In this document: in pieces, positions 29,476 to 43,292 of the stretch
How positions within the stretch are numbered: the stretch's first letter is position 1
Layout of the letters: every line of letters begins with the position of its first letter
Assembly: GCA_012295275.1 (NCBI GenBank)
Contig: CM022671.1
Span: 2,046,001-2,110,000 of the forward strand
From: Chrysomallon squamiferum
Taxonomy: Eukaryota; Animalia; Mollusca
Direction: 5' to 3'
Length of the DNA stretch: 64,000 nt
Position numbers and translations under genes: made by a program
The notes under the pieces: model-generated
Told to the model about the DNA's origin: nothing
Database searches by the model: none
The model's input: only the letters and a program-made list of their open reading frames with translations

Positions 29476-30162
29476 TCAGAGGGCAGAAGACTACAATTTT
29501 TTTATCTAACATTATATGAAGAAAGAATAAGCAAGAGAAAGTAGAAAACTGATAAGGAAAATATATAAAAATGATAAACAAAGAACTGTGATACAAAAAT
29601 ATATATGTTGAACGAAAAAAAACTGTATTTATTTTGGCAGACTTAAATGTGGAATGGGATGACAGCTATAATCAGACAAACAGACAAAATGTTTACGAAT
29701 CAAAGTATTTCCTTTTATTTATTCATTGTTTTAAGATCAAAACTGCGCTCCTGGAAAGTTCTGTCACGTAACATTTTGATGAATAACCGCATCAACTATG
29801 TATTTTCTTATTTAAACTGCATATTTAAAAAATATAATAAATAGAATTTTTTTTATTTTTTATTATTATTTGTTTGTTTGTTTGTTTTACTATCTTCATA
29901 TAGTTTAATTCTAAATATATTTTATCAACTCTTCTTATGGATGTTTTAATTTTTAATTTTTAAGCATATAGTTTGTTTTTAACAAGACTTTTCTTAGTCA
30001 TATCCAAGTCATTTTTTTTTCCCCTAAAATGTACTTATACTCTTTTCTGAATGCAGTAAATATTCTGTACCATACCATATGTTAAATAATTTTGATGCTT
30101 TTTATTATTTGTGTTATATTTATAGAGTAACCTATATTAATATATTTTTGTAGACCATATTT

Positions 30163-30316
30163 AGCCTTTCTTTGCTAGTTTTCAACATATTATTACATAT
30201 GAGAGACTACGTTTTTGTTATGACTGTTATATATATATATACACATATAAAAGTGACATAATAAAAACGTCGTGTTTCGTATATAAAAATATGTTGAAAA
30301 ATATCAAAGAAAGGCT
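30163..30316. repeat. Imperfect inverted repeat (fold-back or MITE-like), ~70-bp arms
   Basis: Left arm AGCCTTTCTTTGCTAGTTTTCAACATATT..; reverse complement of right arm AGCCTTTCTTTGATATTTTTCAACATATT..; short (AT)n loop. Confidence 0.8.
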
Positions 30317-32363
30317 CAGTAGAAATATATATATATATAATCAGTTTTGTTGTCAGATCTTTGTATTGAAGAACAAATAACGAACATTTCTGTGCAGTGG
30401 TCGTAATTCCCCGAGAAGAAAGATTTCTAACATAAGAAATATGCCTTTGTTTATATACTGAATAGAGGTAAAATACATTTCTGTGCAGTGGTCTTAATTC
30501 CCCGAGAAGAAAGATTTCTAACTAAACAAATGTATTTTTCTTTATATTCTGAACAGAGGTGCAACACATTTCTGGAGAATGTGAAAGTGACTTGGTAAGG
30601 TTATTGAATAGCTGACAGTAAAGTAAATAAACCTTTCATTCATTAATTGCATTATCGACAATATCATTTTAGACTCGTTTGGTTAACATTTGGTACAAGT
30701 CTAATAATTCATGTAGATATATCAATAAGACAATTAAAAAATCGCTATCAAATAAAGCATTAAAGTAATTGGTTCAGGCATATTTTATTTGTACTGTCTT
30801 AACCTGAGCGAATGACTTACTGTGTTACATGGGCATACAAGGTCGGTGTTAAACCATTTTTAGAAATATATTTATTATATAGACTCATACCAAAGCATCA
30901 ATAAAGACCATCAGTTATTTATTAGTTTCACCATATTATAGAGTATGAGATAATTTTTAAATATATAGGAAAAAACCCCAGTTTGTTTGAACCTTTCAGC
31001 AGACGCGTATTTAAGGTAAGGAAAGTATGGACGTGTCCTGGATGACACTTGAATGGGTGTGTCACAAAGCAATTTGTATTAATTTAACTGGTATTTTTTA
31101 GCTGACTTCAGTGCTTGCCATAGGCGCTATTTTCCATAGATATACACTGCCATGTAGCAGTGCAGAAATGTACCATTAGTTTGAATATAATTCTCCGGCA
31201 CTTGGAAAAATATCACTGAGTAATAACTGTATTAATCTGAGCAGTACTGGCAAACGAATATCTCTATGAAAAAATATATATATATATAAAACGAATAATA
31301 ATAATAATAATAATAATAACTGAAAACCCCTTCTCTATCAACAGTTCACTGAACAAAATTACATTCCGGAATTACATTAGTAAGTCTGTGTATCAACTGT
31401 TATAGGAATGTTCACACCATGGAGAACATTTAATCATATAGAAAATGATCTATGAGATGTATATAATGTGTCACACCGAAATTCTGAAATGTTACGACTT
31501 GCTATACGGCTCATAATTTTGAACTTGAATTAAATTAATAATTAAATAAAAATAAATAAATAAGTAAATAAAAAAGAATGAGCAAACAAATAAACAAAAG
31601 CAAATAAGCAGACAAACTAACAAAGAATGAAATAACAACTGACGTCAGAAAAATTAAATGATTTATTAATAACATTAACAGTTTTGTAAACATCCAAATA
31701 AATAACAACAGCAATTAAACAAAACATTTCGAACATATTAAATCTTAAATAGTTAGTATAACTTCGAGATTACAAACAAACTATGTTATTGCATTAAAAT
31801 AGCAATTTGATTATGATTGCAAATAAAAGTGAAACCAAACTTGTTGATAATAACTATATCTGTATGTTGTGAAAAGCAGCTATATTTATTTGACGACTTT
31901 TCGAGAGCTGAAAATATTTCTGTGCATAGTAAAGTTTCTACAGTTACATTTCTAACTAATCAAGAGATTTATATTATATCCGTTTTCAGTGATTTAGATT
32001 AGCAGATGACCAGCGTAAAGACAATATCGCATTCCATGTACTTTGATAAATCAGTCATGTTGCTCTGTCTGGAATGGGAGATAGTGTAGTAATGCTCACT
32101 AAGGAGAACTGGCCCAGCGACCTATCACAACAGCAATTGCTTGTTTTCTTTTTTCGTATTATTCATTTCTTTCATCTTTTTTTTTTTTCTGTGAAACTAA
32201 TACATGAAAAAAAGGTTTAATAATTAAGTAATATGTGAAAAGAGAAGATTAATGTTTGCAGTAGAGATACAAGTATTACATTGGTCTGTGTATTGTGATA
32301 TTACAACTCAGATATTTCTATGTTTTTTCTTCTTTTCTTTTCTTCTTCTTCTTCTTTTTTCTT

Positions 32364-32394
<31 letters not shown>

Positions 32395-32538
32395 TTATTA
32401 TGATAATAATTATTTGGAGTATATTCCTAAAATATTCTTCTCTAGACGCAAGCAATCGCATGTTGAACACATTCTTTATCTCATACTTTCTTTTTTATTC
32501 TGTTTTCTTTTTTCTGTTTCTCCTTTCTTTCTCGTTTG

Positions 32539-35105
32539 TCATGAAAGTTCTGGAATAAAAACATCTTCTACTATAGGATCCAAATACATCTGGCTGTTGT
32601 TGTTGTTGTTGAAACATAACGGAATTTGTTGAGAGTTATTTGATGAACTGTCTGAGAAACTCTCTAACTGAGATTCATTAATTTGATCATAGTGATCAGT
32701 AACCGTTGATGTGTTACCAGACAAAGAAACTGATTCAGGTGCTGAATTCGGTTCTTTATGTTGAGCGTTCTTCCATTTCCTGAAACAAAATAAATATTCA
32801 TTTGCACGTATATAGAGCGAGATAAATAGAGAGTGCGAGAAGAGAAAATAAAATAATCCATATAGATAAAATAGCATTAGTATATGTGTGTATATATATA
32901 TATACTCATTGATTAATTTAAGATTTTTAGTCTGAAGATACTTTATTTTCTCTCCTTTGTGCATAAACTAAATCTGGCATATCTAACACTAGCGTACTAA
33001 ACAAACAAAGAAACAAACAAACAAACAAACAAACAAAGAAACAAAGAAACAAAGAAACAAACAAATAAATAAATAATAAGTAAATAAATAAATATAAAAA
33101 TAAATAAATTAATTAATGCATAAGTAAATAAAATAAGCATATCATGAATAATAAATACACAATGCATATAAAGGAAATCCTTCATACATGCAAACACGCA
33201 GAGTACGAAATATGTATTCATAAAATGCCGTATAGATGTCTCAGTGTAAATCTCAATTAAACTAACAAAAAATCGAGCGCACATTTTATATTTATTACAC
33301 AACTGCAGTATAATTTCTAACAACTTACTTGCGTATAACATGAGCAGCTAAAAGAACAATGATAAACAGACTGAATGCAATAATTAACTCAAATTTTGTC
33401 GCGAAACCTACAAATACAAAAAATTAAAATTATTAAAAAAGAAGAAAAAAGACAAAGAAAAAAGAAAGAAAGAAAAGAAGAAGAAACAGAAAAAGAAAAC
33501 CAACAAATTAATCAAACGAAGTTCATGAGTGATATACATCAGTATCATTTAACAAAACGAATAAACTTAAATATGTATAAAATATTTCTTATTAGAAATA
33601 CATATAATAAAATCCATAAATGAAAATGAACGTATATATTAACAAAAATCTATAAAGAGGTTTTTATATTCATTGTAAAAAAAATAACAATTGTAACAAA
33701 AACATTTTAAGATTTGTATTTTCATAGAATATTTTATTTGCATATTATCAATAGTATTTGTAACTTAACATATTATGCCATTATATATTTTACCTTCAGG
33801 TTTCGGAAACTTTTGCAGACAGCGACTGCCGGTCCATCCAGGATAGCAGCCTTCAAGACACGTTCCATCATTTTCACAAATTTGTTTAATACAGTTTTTA
33901 CTGCACTTCGTTTCACATCGGTCTCCAACCCATCCTTTAACACAACCGTATAAACACTGCCCTGTCTTTGGGTTGCAGGAAGATTTGTTAATGCTATCGT
34001 TACAATTCTCTGAACAGCGATCTATACAATAGTCACCAAAATAGCCTTCTCTGCACACGTGACAAATTCCTGTTTGTTTTTGGCAGCCATATTTGTTGCA
34101 GTTGTTACACTTTAAGTTACACTTGGGTCCGAACCAGCCAGGATGACAGCCTTCAAGACACGTTCCATCATTTTCACAGAGTTGTTTAATACAGTTTTTA
34201 CTGCACTTCTTTTCACATCGGTCTGCAAACCATCCTTTAACACAACCATGTAAACACTGCCCTGAATCTCGACTGCAGGAAGATTTGTTAATGTTGTTGT
34301 AATTTAAAATACAATTCTCTGAACAGCGATCTGAACAGTTGTCACCAAAATACCCTTCTCTGCACACGTGACAAATTCCTGTTTGTTTTAGGCAGCCATA
34401 TTTGTTGCAGTTTTTACATTTCTTCTCACACTTGGTTCCGAACCAACCAGGACGACAGGAATCTAAAAATAATGACTATCTCATTGTTTTCAGTGATAAA
34501 CCTATTTTAATATTAGATATTTGCTGTCTCTCTATCTATGACAGGCAATTACAGACTCGATCTAAAAATAATAACCATATGAATGTTTTCAATGATAAAC
34601 CTATTTTGATACTAAAAACTTTCATAATCCTCTATGTTAAATGAAGTGAATTCTTATATTTGATACAGTTCACATTACAACACTTTTTCTCAACTGTAAC
34701 AAATTATACAAAAATATATGTTTCTTATATGATAGTCCGTGACTGAATAATAATTCTGTAAAGTAACTTACTGATGTTAGCTGATGGTGTTGTGGTTGTA
34801 GAATTAATACATTCGCCTTTAGCATCACATCCAGCGCTACAGTGTGGACAGGGAAATGAACAGTGAGTTCCAAAATAACCATCTTTGCATTGTCCAGAAC
34901 AACTTCCACTACTGCGATTACACTTCAAACAGAACATTTGACACTTCCGCTTACAAAGGACTCCGTACCACCCATCTTCACATCCTTTTTCACAAACTGC
35001 TGAAGAATTTCCACGTTGTTTAAATTCGCTGGATACGTTACAGTGAGGTTCCAGTACAGAATACACGGATGGTACAGTAAAGAGTAAGAGGAGAAGAATT
35101 CCCAT
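32539..35105 (-). CDS. R3: chimeric multi-EGF single-pass receptor, intact 440-aa model
   Basis: Exons: 34772-35105 (subfamily-1 signal and EGF exon), 33794-34462 (223 codons of EGF-like repeats), 33329-33407 (TM LIIAFSLFIIVLLAAHVI), 32539-32779 (tail with DHYDQI and QMYLDPI). Phases 1/1/2; 1323 nt open; GT-AG introns. Confidence 0.85.
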
Positions 35106-36828
35106 GTTTTTACACCTTTTCTTCAAACTCCTGAAACAGCAAAATATCAAGAAATGAAAGATGTGTTCCGGTTATGGTTTCTAGTTCGTTAAATAATTTT
35201 TTTATTATTCTTTCATTTTTAGTTTCGGAATTTTGTCGACTAATTACGTTTAATTTTAAACTTTATTTCTTTAATTTCAAATTCCATAACCTCCTAAGTG
35301 ATTTTCACAATTTGTTGAAACTTTTTCAGTGACCATAATCTCATGAAATGACATTAAATAATTAGGTTGAATTATTAAAGTGTCACATGACAATAAAACA
35401 TGACATAATAATTTATATACATAAAATAATGTTGTAAAAACAAGGTAGTCATTGATGAGAATAATAAAACTATAACATAATATTAAATAAGGATAACTTG
35501 CGCCTTTGAAAGGTTATCATACATAGAGCAATATAGTAAAAACGGAGTTTATAATCACTACAACTTAGAAAAATCGAAGAAACGTTCTGTCAATAGGAGC
35601 CTATTACCTCTTTCTGTTTCAACATAATTTTATTAAAGGGAGGTTAACAGTTTTAAACACCGATCAAACTTTACGAATAACTATTTGACTATATAATTCA
35701 GGAATACAAATATTTTTTATATATTAATACAGTCTTAATTTATCACTATTTAACTGATTTCCACAAAATCATTAAATCAATCTTGTTCATGGTTTCTATT
35801 TAAAATGACATAAAAAGTCATTCGAATTAATCCCGATTTTTAAATTCACAGTATATGTATTCTATGGTGTCTACTTACATTCATTTCTTTTTGGTATTTT
35901 GTTAGCACATTTTCTTGAAACAAACCACTTTATTATATTCCTTATTAGGCACTGTCATTCCGTTCGAATCACTTTAATACTTTACACTATTTTCTTTTTA
36001 TAAAATAATCAGTCAGAATTGTTAAAAATTCAAGTCTTCAATAAATTCGGTATTTCATATCTTTCAAACAAAACTAAGACGAAGTTTCGCCATTCCTTGA
36101 AGTAAACCTTTAGGTAGCTTGTTTATCTCTCTGTCAATGTACATTACTAACAATAGATATATAAATAACTATAAATATTTCCTCTACCAATGTATTGACT
36201 TGTGTGTAGACAGTGACCCAAAGGTTTAATTAACTTGCTCGTTTAAGTTTTGATATCAGACACAAAAAATAAAGACATAATTATGTAATATCATCTAACT
36301 TATATTGGGATGTATCAGTACTCTTGTGTCCATTTTTAAGTCATAGCTTTACAAATTTGGCTTTATATATATGCATAGGCTTATGTATGTGTATCTGTGT
36401 ATGAATATGTGCATATTAAATAAAGCAATGGAGAATATATTAAAAATATATTAAAAAGAAAACAAAGGACAAGATAACTATATTTACATACTAGCTGTAC
36501 ACACACACACACACAGACACGTATTTATTTTATCATCAAGTCGATAAGAAATTTGTATTTCAGTTTTAATATAAAAATTCTGCTGTAGTCAATGAAAATA
36601 ATAATAACTAAATAATGTAAGAACGTAGTACAAACAGAGAACTTCGTTTACATACGACATTAAATGTTTTAACAGAACGTGACTATCGTAGGCTTGTTCT
36701 GCTTGTTTTTTTCAGTCAGTCAGTTAAGAAGCCAAAGCTGATATTTTACTTGCGTGTATGTATCACGTGTACTCCTTTAACGGAACACTTAACAATACCA
36801 CCTTTGTGTAAGTGTTGGCTACCGTTGG

Positions 36829-36864
<36 letters not shown>

Positions 36865-37449
36865 CACACATAAATATGTGTAATAACATCTAAAGGTAAC
36901 AGGCTATAAGTATGAATTCCAGTACTTTTATATCGTCCCCACAGTATTAATTAAAGGGAATTCTTTTTTTTTTTCCAAATAATATTATAACAAATATAAA
37001 GTGTGTAAGAATTAGAAATAGTATATTTGTTGTAACGAATGATTTTTTCTTGTTCTTGTTTTTAAATATATCAGTAAGTAAATAAAGAATGAATAAAAAT
37101 TTACATTAATAAAAACATTCAATTAGCACGTTGTTTATTTTTATGAAGTAATTAAGGAGAAAGAAGGGAGAGAAAATCTAAATAATTAAGAAGAAATAAA
37201 ATAAGGAATAACACATTAAAAAGAAAAGAAAAGAAAAAAGGAAGAAAGATAGATAGAAAAAGAAAAGAAACGAAAATAGAGCGATGCAAAGGAGTAAAGA
37301 AATAAAGATTAAAATACAATAAAGAATTTTTAAAACATAACAGTCATTCATATTATATATTACACTGGTTCTTTGTCGTAATAACGTTATGAATAAGACG
37401 TATATAAATAAATAAATAAATAAATAAGAAAGAAAGAAGAAATGAATAA

Positions 37450-37492
<43 letters not shown>

Positions 37493-39009
37493 TCAGATGC
37501 CAGAAGACCATGTCTAACATTATATGAAGAAATAATAAGCAAGAGAAGATATAAAAATCGTCCTTACGGAAAACATATAAAAGTGATTTAAAAAAAAGAA
37601 AAAAAAAAAAAAAAAAAAAAGAAGTGTTATTCAAAGAGAAACTGTATTATAATATTATGTTGTTGAAAGAAAACTATATTTGTGTGACTGTAAGTCTATA
37701 TAAAATGCTTTTCTTTATTAATTAAAAAATAAAAAGAAGACAAACAGGGATATATCCATGAATCAGTGTGATTTGATATTATTATTATGGATTAATATTT
37801 TCGAAACTGTTCTGAAAAATATTTTCATAGATTTCTTTTCAATGCTTGAGAGTGTATGAAAGATCTGTAATTACTATATTTTACATGCAAACTCAATCTA
37901 TCGTGCACATACAAACATACAGACAGCTAAAGAGATAGCGATTGTTATTATTTCCTTATGCATTTTCAATAAAACAAATTATTTATAATTGTTTTCAGTT
38001 TCTATTTTCATTTCCACGACTAAACAATATATTAAAAACAAATTTACAGCATATATTCAGAGACACACACTAATGTTACATACACACATAAAAGTTCTCT
38101 GCTTATAATTGTTTCTCACGTTCAATTGTAGTACATACACAGTTGTAGTGTTAGTGTGTTAGAACATTATAAAGAGTGTAAACACAACTTTAGTGTTAAT
38201 GTGTTAGTATATTATTACAGAAGCGTAACTATATTAGTATGTTAGTATGTTATAGAGAAAACAGCTTAAAGACAGTACTTTTATTACTATTGATGTTTCA
38301 GAAGATTGTTTTAGAAAGGATATGCAGAGATGTTGTGTCATTGTAGTAGAATGTTATTTTAGAAAAGTTAAGGTACTTTAGAAGGTTATTATAGAAATAA
38401 AACCTCTATCCTTCCATTTTTAGTTAGCTCTTTAATCATTCTTTCTGTATTTTCTCTTTTTATTATTATTATTTACTTCTTCAGTTTTCTTTCTTTCTTT
38501 CATTTAGAACATACGTACACTTCTTATTCACTTACTTGTGAAGTGCTTAGATGTAGCAGAAAGTGGAGAAAAAAAAAGCATTTTCTCTTTGTAAAGAAAC
38601 ACGAAGAATAAAAACTATTGTGTTACAAATTTACAAACAAGTCTTAGATTTATGAATAATTTTGAAATTTGTTCTAAAGTAGATTGTTTTAGCATTGGTA
38701 AATTGCTCTTATCTAAGGTAAATAGAAAATCATTAGTAATATTATTTACATCTACGTAAGACACTGTGTACTGTGTACTGGTCTAAAGATATTCACTCGT
38801 GTGACATATGAGTCATTTTATACAAATTATATGTTACCTTGAAAGGTACATTTAAAGTATTATTTGTTAACTACCCAGTACAGACTTGTATAACCCTCGC
38901 GTGACAGCTCAGATTAACAGATAAAAGGTCTTTTCTGAGGACTCCTTGAATGTTTATCGATAAAAGGCGATATTTCTACTTGCTGATCAACGATCTTGTT
39001 ATTTTGTTT

Positions 39010-39397
<388 letters not shown>

Positions 39398-39877
39398 CTT
39401 ATTTAATTTTTTGTCTTAACTTTCTTCTGTTTTGGTTTCTTCCTTTCCTTTTCTAATTGCTTTTTATTTACTATTTTTTAAAAATTAATATATCATGGAC
39501 CTTATCAAAATAAACAAATTCTGATGGACTAGTCTTTTCCCTGATTTTCCTTATTATCTTTTTTTTTTTTTTTTTTTTTTGGTTGTTGTTGTTTCATTTG
39601 AGGGCGGTTCTTTTGAAATAAACACAAATTGTTTTTGAATCAAATTATTTCCTTTTATTTATCCTTTTTTTTTAAGATCACAACTCTGCTCCTGTAGAGT
39701 TCTGTCACGTGACTTTGTACATACTGATTAATGTGATGCAGTGCTGGGTTGTAAACATATAGCACTTTGTCATAGTTGTAAGTTTGTTTTTAATGTTTCC
39801 TTTGTTGTTTGTTTGTTTGTTTTTGTTTTTCATTTTTTTCATTTATGGTATTACAATAATCACCATCATCATTAACG

Positions 39878-39936
<59 letters not shown>

Positions 39937-40102
39937 TCTCTTTTTCTGAGGCAGATATTATTTAGTTTTGTGCCTTTTTATATATTCTTTAAATTGTTGC
40001 TGTTATTGTTATTTTACTTATTTTACTGATTTTCAGATTTAAATCTCTGACAGTATTGCAAGGAAGACAGCCTCTGTGAAAAAAGAAGAACAATCATAAA
40101 CA

Positions 40103-40141
<39 letters not shown>

Positions 40142-40150
40142 TTTTGAAAA

Positions 40151-40714
40151 ATGGAAATACAAACTCTATGGGCATTCATTATTGAGTGTTTTTTCTCTGT
40201 CGGTATTTTCGGAAACTGCATGGTGACTTTTCTAACGCTTTGCAAAACGAAAGTTTCTCCAGCTGTTTACAGTATGCCGCTTTACGTGTTCGACATCATC
40301 TTCGCGATTTCTTTGTGTTATTCTGTGAGACAGCTGCAAATGTCTTCTGTTCTGAACGTCGTTGTAGTGATAACATCAGCACAGTCTAAAGTCTGTAGAA
40401 TCATCTGTTTGACTGTTACTGAATCCGCTCTGGAACGTCTTACGACTAAAACGTTTTATGTTCAGTTTAACAAATCATCTCTGATCATCTGTATATGCGG
40501 AATTGCGTCATTTGTGGTGATTCTTTCCACGTTCCATAACTCTGAAATCTTATTTTACAGATTTATGATAATCCAGTCACTGTTTATTCTTCCACTATCT
40601 GCTGAATCGTGTTTGATATTTCGTATTAAACAGCTTTGCGGGGAGATAATCCTTGTAATGTCTACCTATTATAAACAATTACTTTCTAAAATGGTAATCT
40701 GTGACAGACTGTAG
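40151..40714 (+). pseudogene. Truncated intronless rhodopsin-like (class A) GPCR ORF, ~TM1-TM5
   Basis: 187-aa hydrophobic ORF with TM1 VGIFGNCMV (GN), TM2 LYVFDIIFAI (LxxxD), TM3-end SALERL (E/DRY-like) and further hydrophobic segments. No TM6/TM7 or NPxxY is visible. Confidence 0.55.
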
Positions 40715-41072
40715 AACATTTGTACATATACGCTAACTTATAGCGAAAAGAATAAACGGTCTAGAGGCAAAATAAGAATCCAGCGTACGCAAACTATGTA
40801 TAGATAGATACAAATACTAAATAAATAATAAAATAAATAGAAGACTTAACTCAAATGAATTTGACATAATATGTAAATGCATTTACTGATACATAAAACA
40901 GCAAAAACAGATGATATTTACAAGAGTGTACATTAGCGATAACTTAAACTGAAGCACATATCCAGAAATAAACACAAAATTCATATATTTTCTGATTTAT
41001 AAACTTGGCAAAATGTAATTAATTCGTACTGAAATCTTAATAGCTCTTGACGTTCAGTACAAATATTAAAAA

Positions 41073-41277
41073 CCACATACACAACTAAACTATTTTAAAT
41101 CACAAACATTCTGAAAAAAGTCGCTTTCTTCAAAACAAACCTTGGTTTGGATGTATATATAGTCAAACAAGGATAAGCTGATTTCTCGAGAAATGGAATA
41201 GCATTTTTAAAAAGTTTGTTTTGAAGAAGGTGACCTTTTTCCCCAGAATGTCTGTGACTTTAAATAGTTTTGTATGG
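41073..41277. repeat. Inverted repeat (MITE-like) with an internal palindrome
   Basis: Arms 41073-41140 and 41214-41277 (..CACAAACATTCTGAAAAAAGTCGCTTTCTTCAAAACAAAC versus reverse complement ..CACAGACATTCTGGGGAAAAAGGTCACCTTCTTCAAAACAAAC). ATTTCTCGAGAAAT palindrome at 41181-41194. Confidence 0.75.
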
Positions 41278-41699
41278 TATGTGTTTATTACATTATATTA
41301 TCTTCCAGTCACTGTAAATAGTGGCTAGTCATTGACCAAATATCTAGCTTTTTGGCTCGGAACTATTTCTATATCGATATATTACTCGTTACTTATTTAT
41401 GTGTATAAAGTTACTTCTGTTTAATTGCTGACAGAATTTTAAAACAGTAGTTTGAAATTAATTTTCATTGAAGAAATACAAATTGTTGCTATTTAAGAAC
41501 TATTTTGAAGGCTAAAACGAAATCAGTATGATTGAATCTACTATTCTTGAGAGCAGTGAGACGAGAACATTTTTATATTATTTAGGATTACAGAATACAT
41601 AAAATAACTGGTTACTTCCTAAGATAATAGCTTTATCCAGCTCATGTCGAACAGCCATTGTTCTCAGCAGATAAAGCTGATAATTTCAGTCTGTAGCCA

Positions 41700-41762
<63 letters not shown>

Positions 41763-41865
41763 CCATTTCTGGATGTACTTTTCTAATGTACAAAACTATT
41801 TAAATTCATAACTTGTAATTAAATAAACATCTATCTATGTAACAGACGGATGGATGGATGGATGG

Positions 41866-43128
<1,263 letters not shown>

Positions 43129-43236
43129 ATTCAGTTTCATAACACCCTGTTGATAAAATGAAATAAACTGTTAACTAAACAGATAGATAAATAAAGATAC
43201 AGACACAGAAAGATAGATGAATGGACAGACAGAAGC

Positions 43237-43267
<31 letters not shown>

Positions 43268-43292
43268 CATACATACACAGATACAGACATAC

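Noticed and set aside
31039-31105. C/D-box snoRNA-like TGGATGA..CTGA
   Set aside because: Imperfect C box, no terminal stem and no recognisable guide; kept only as part of the unexplained island.
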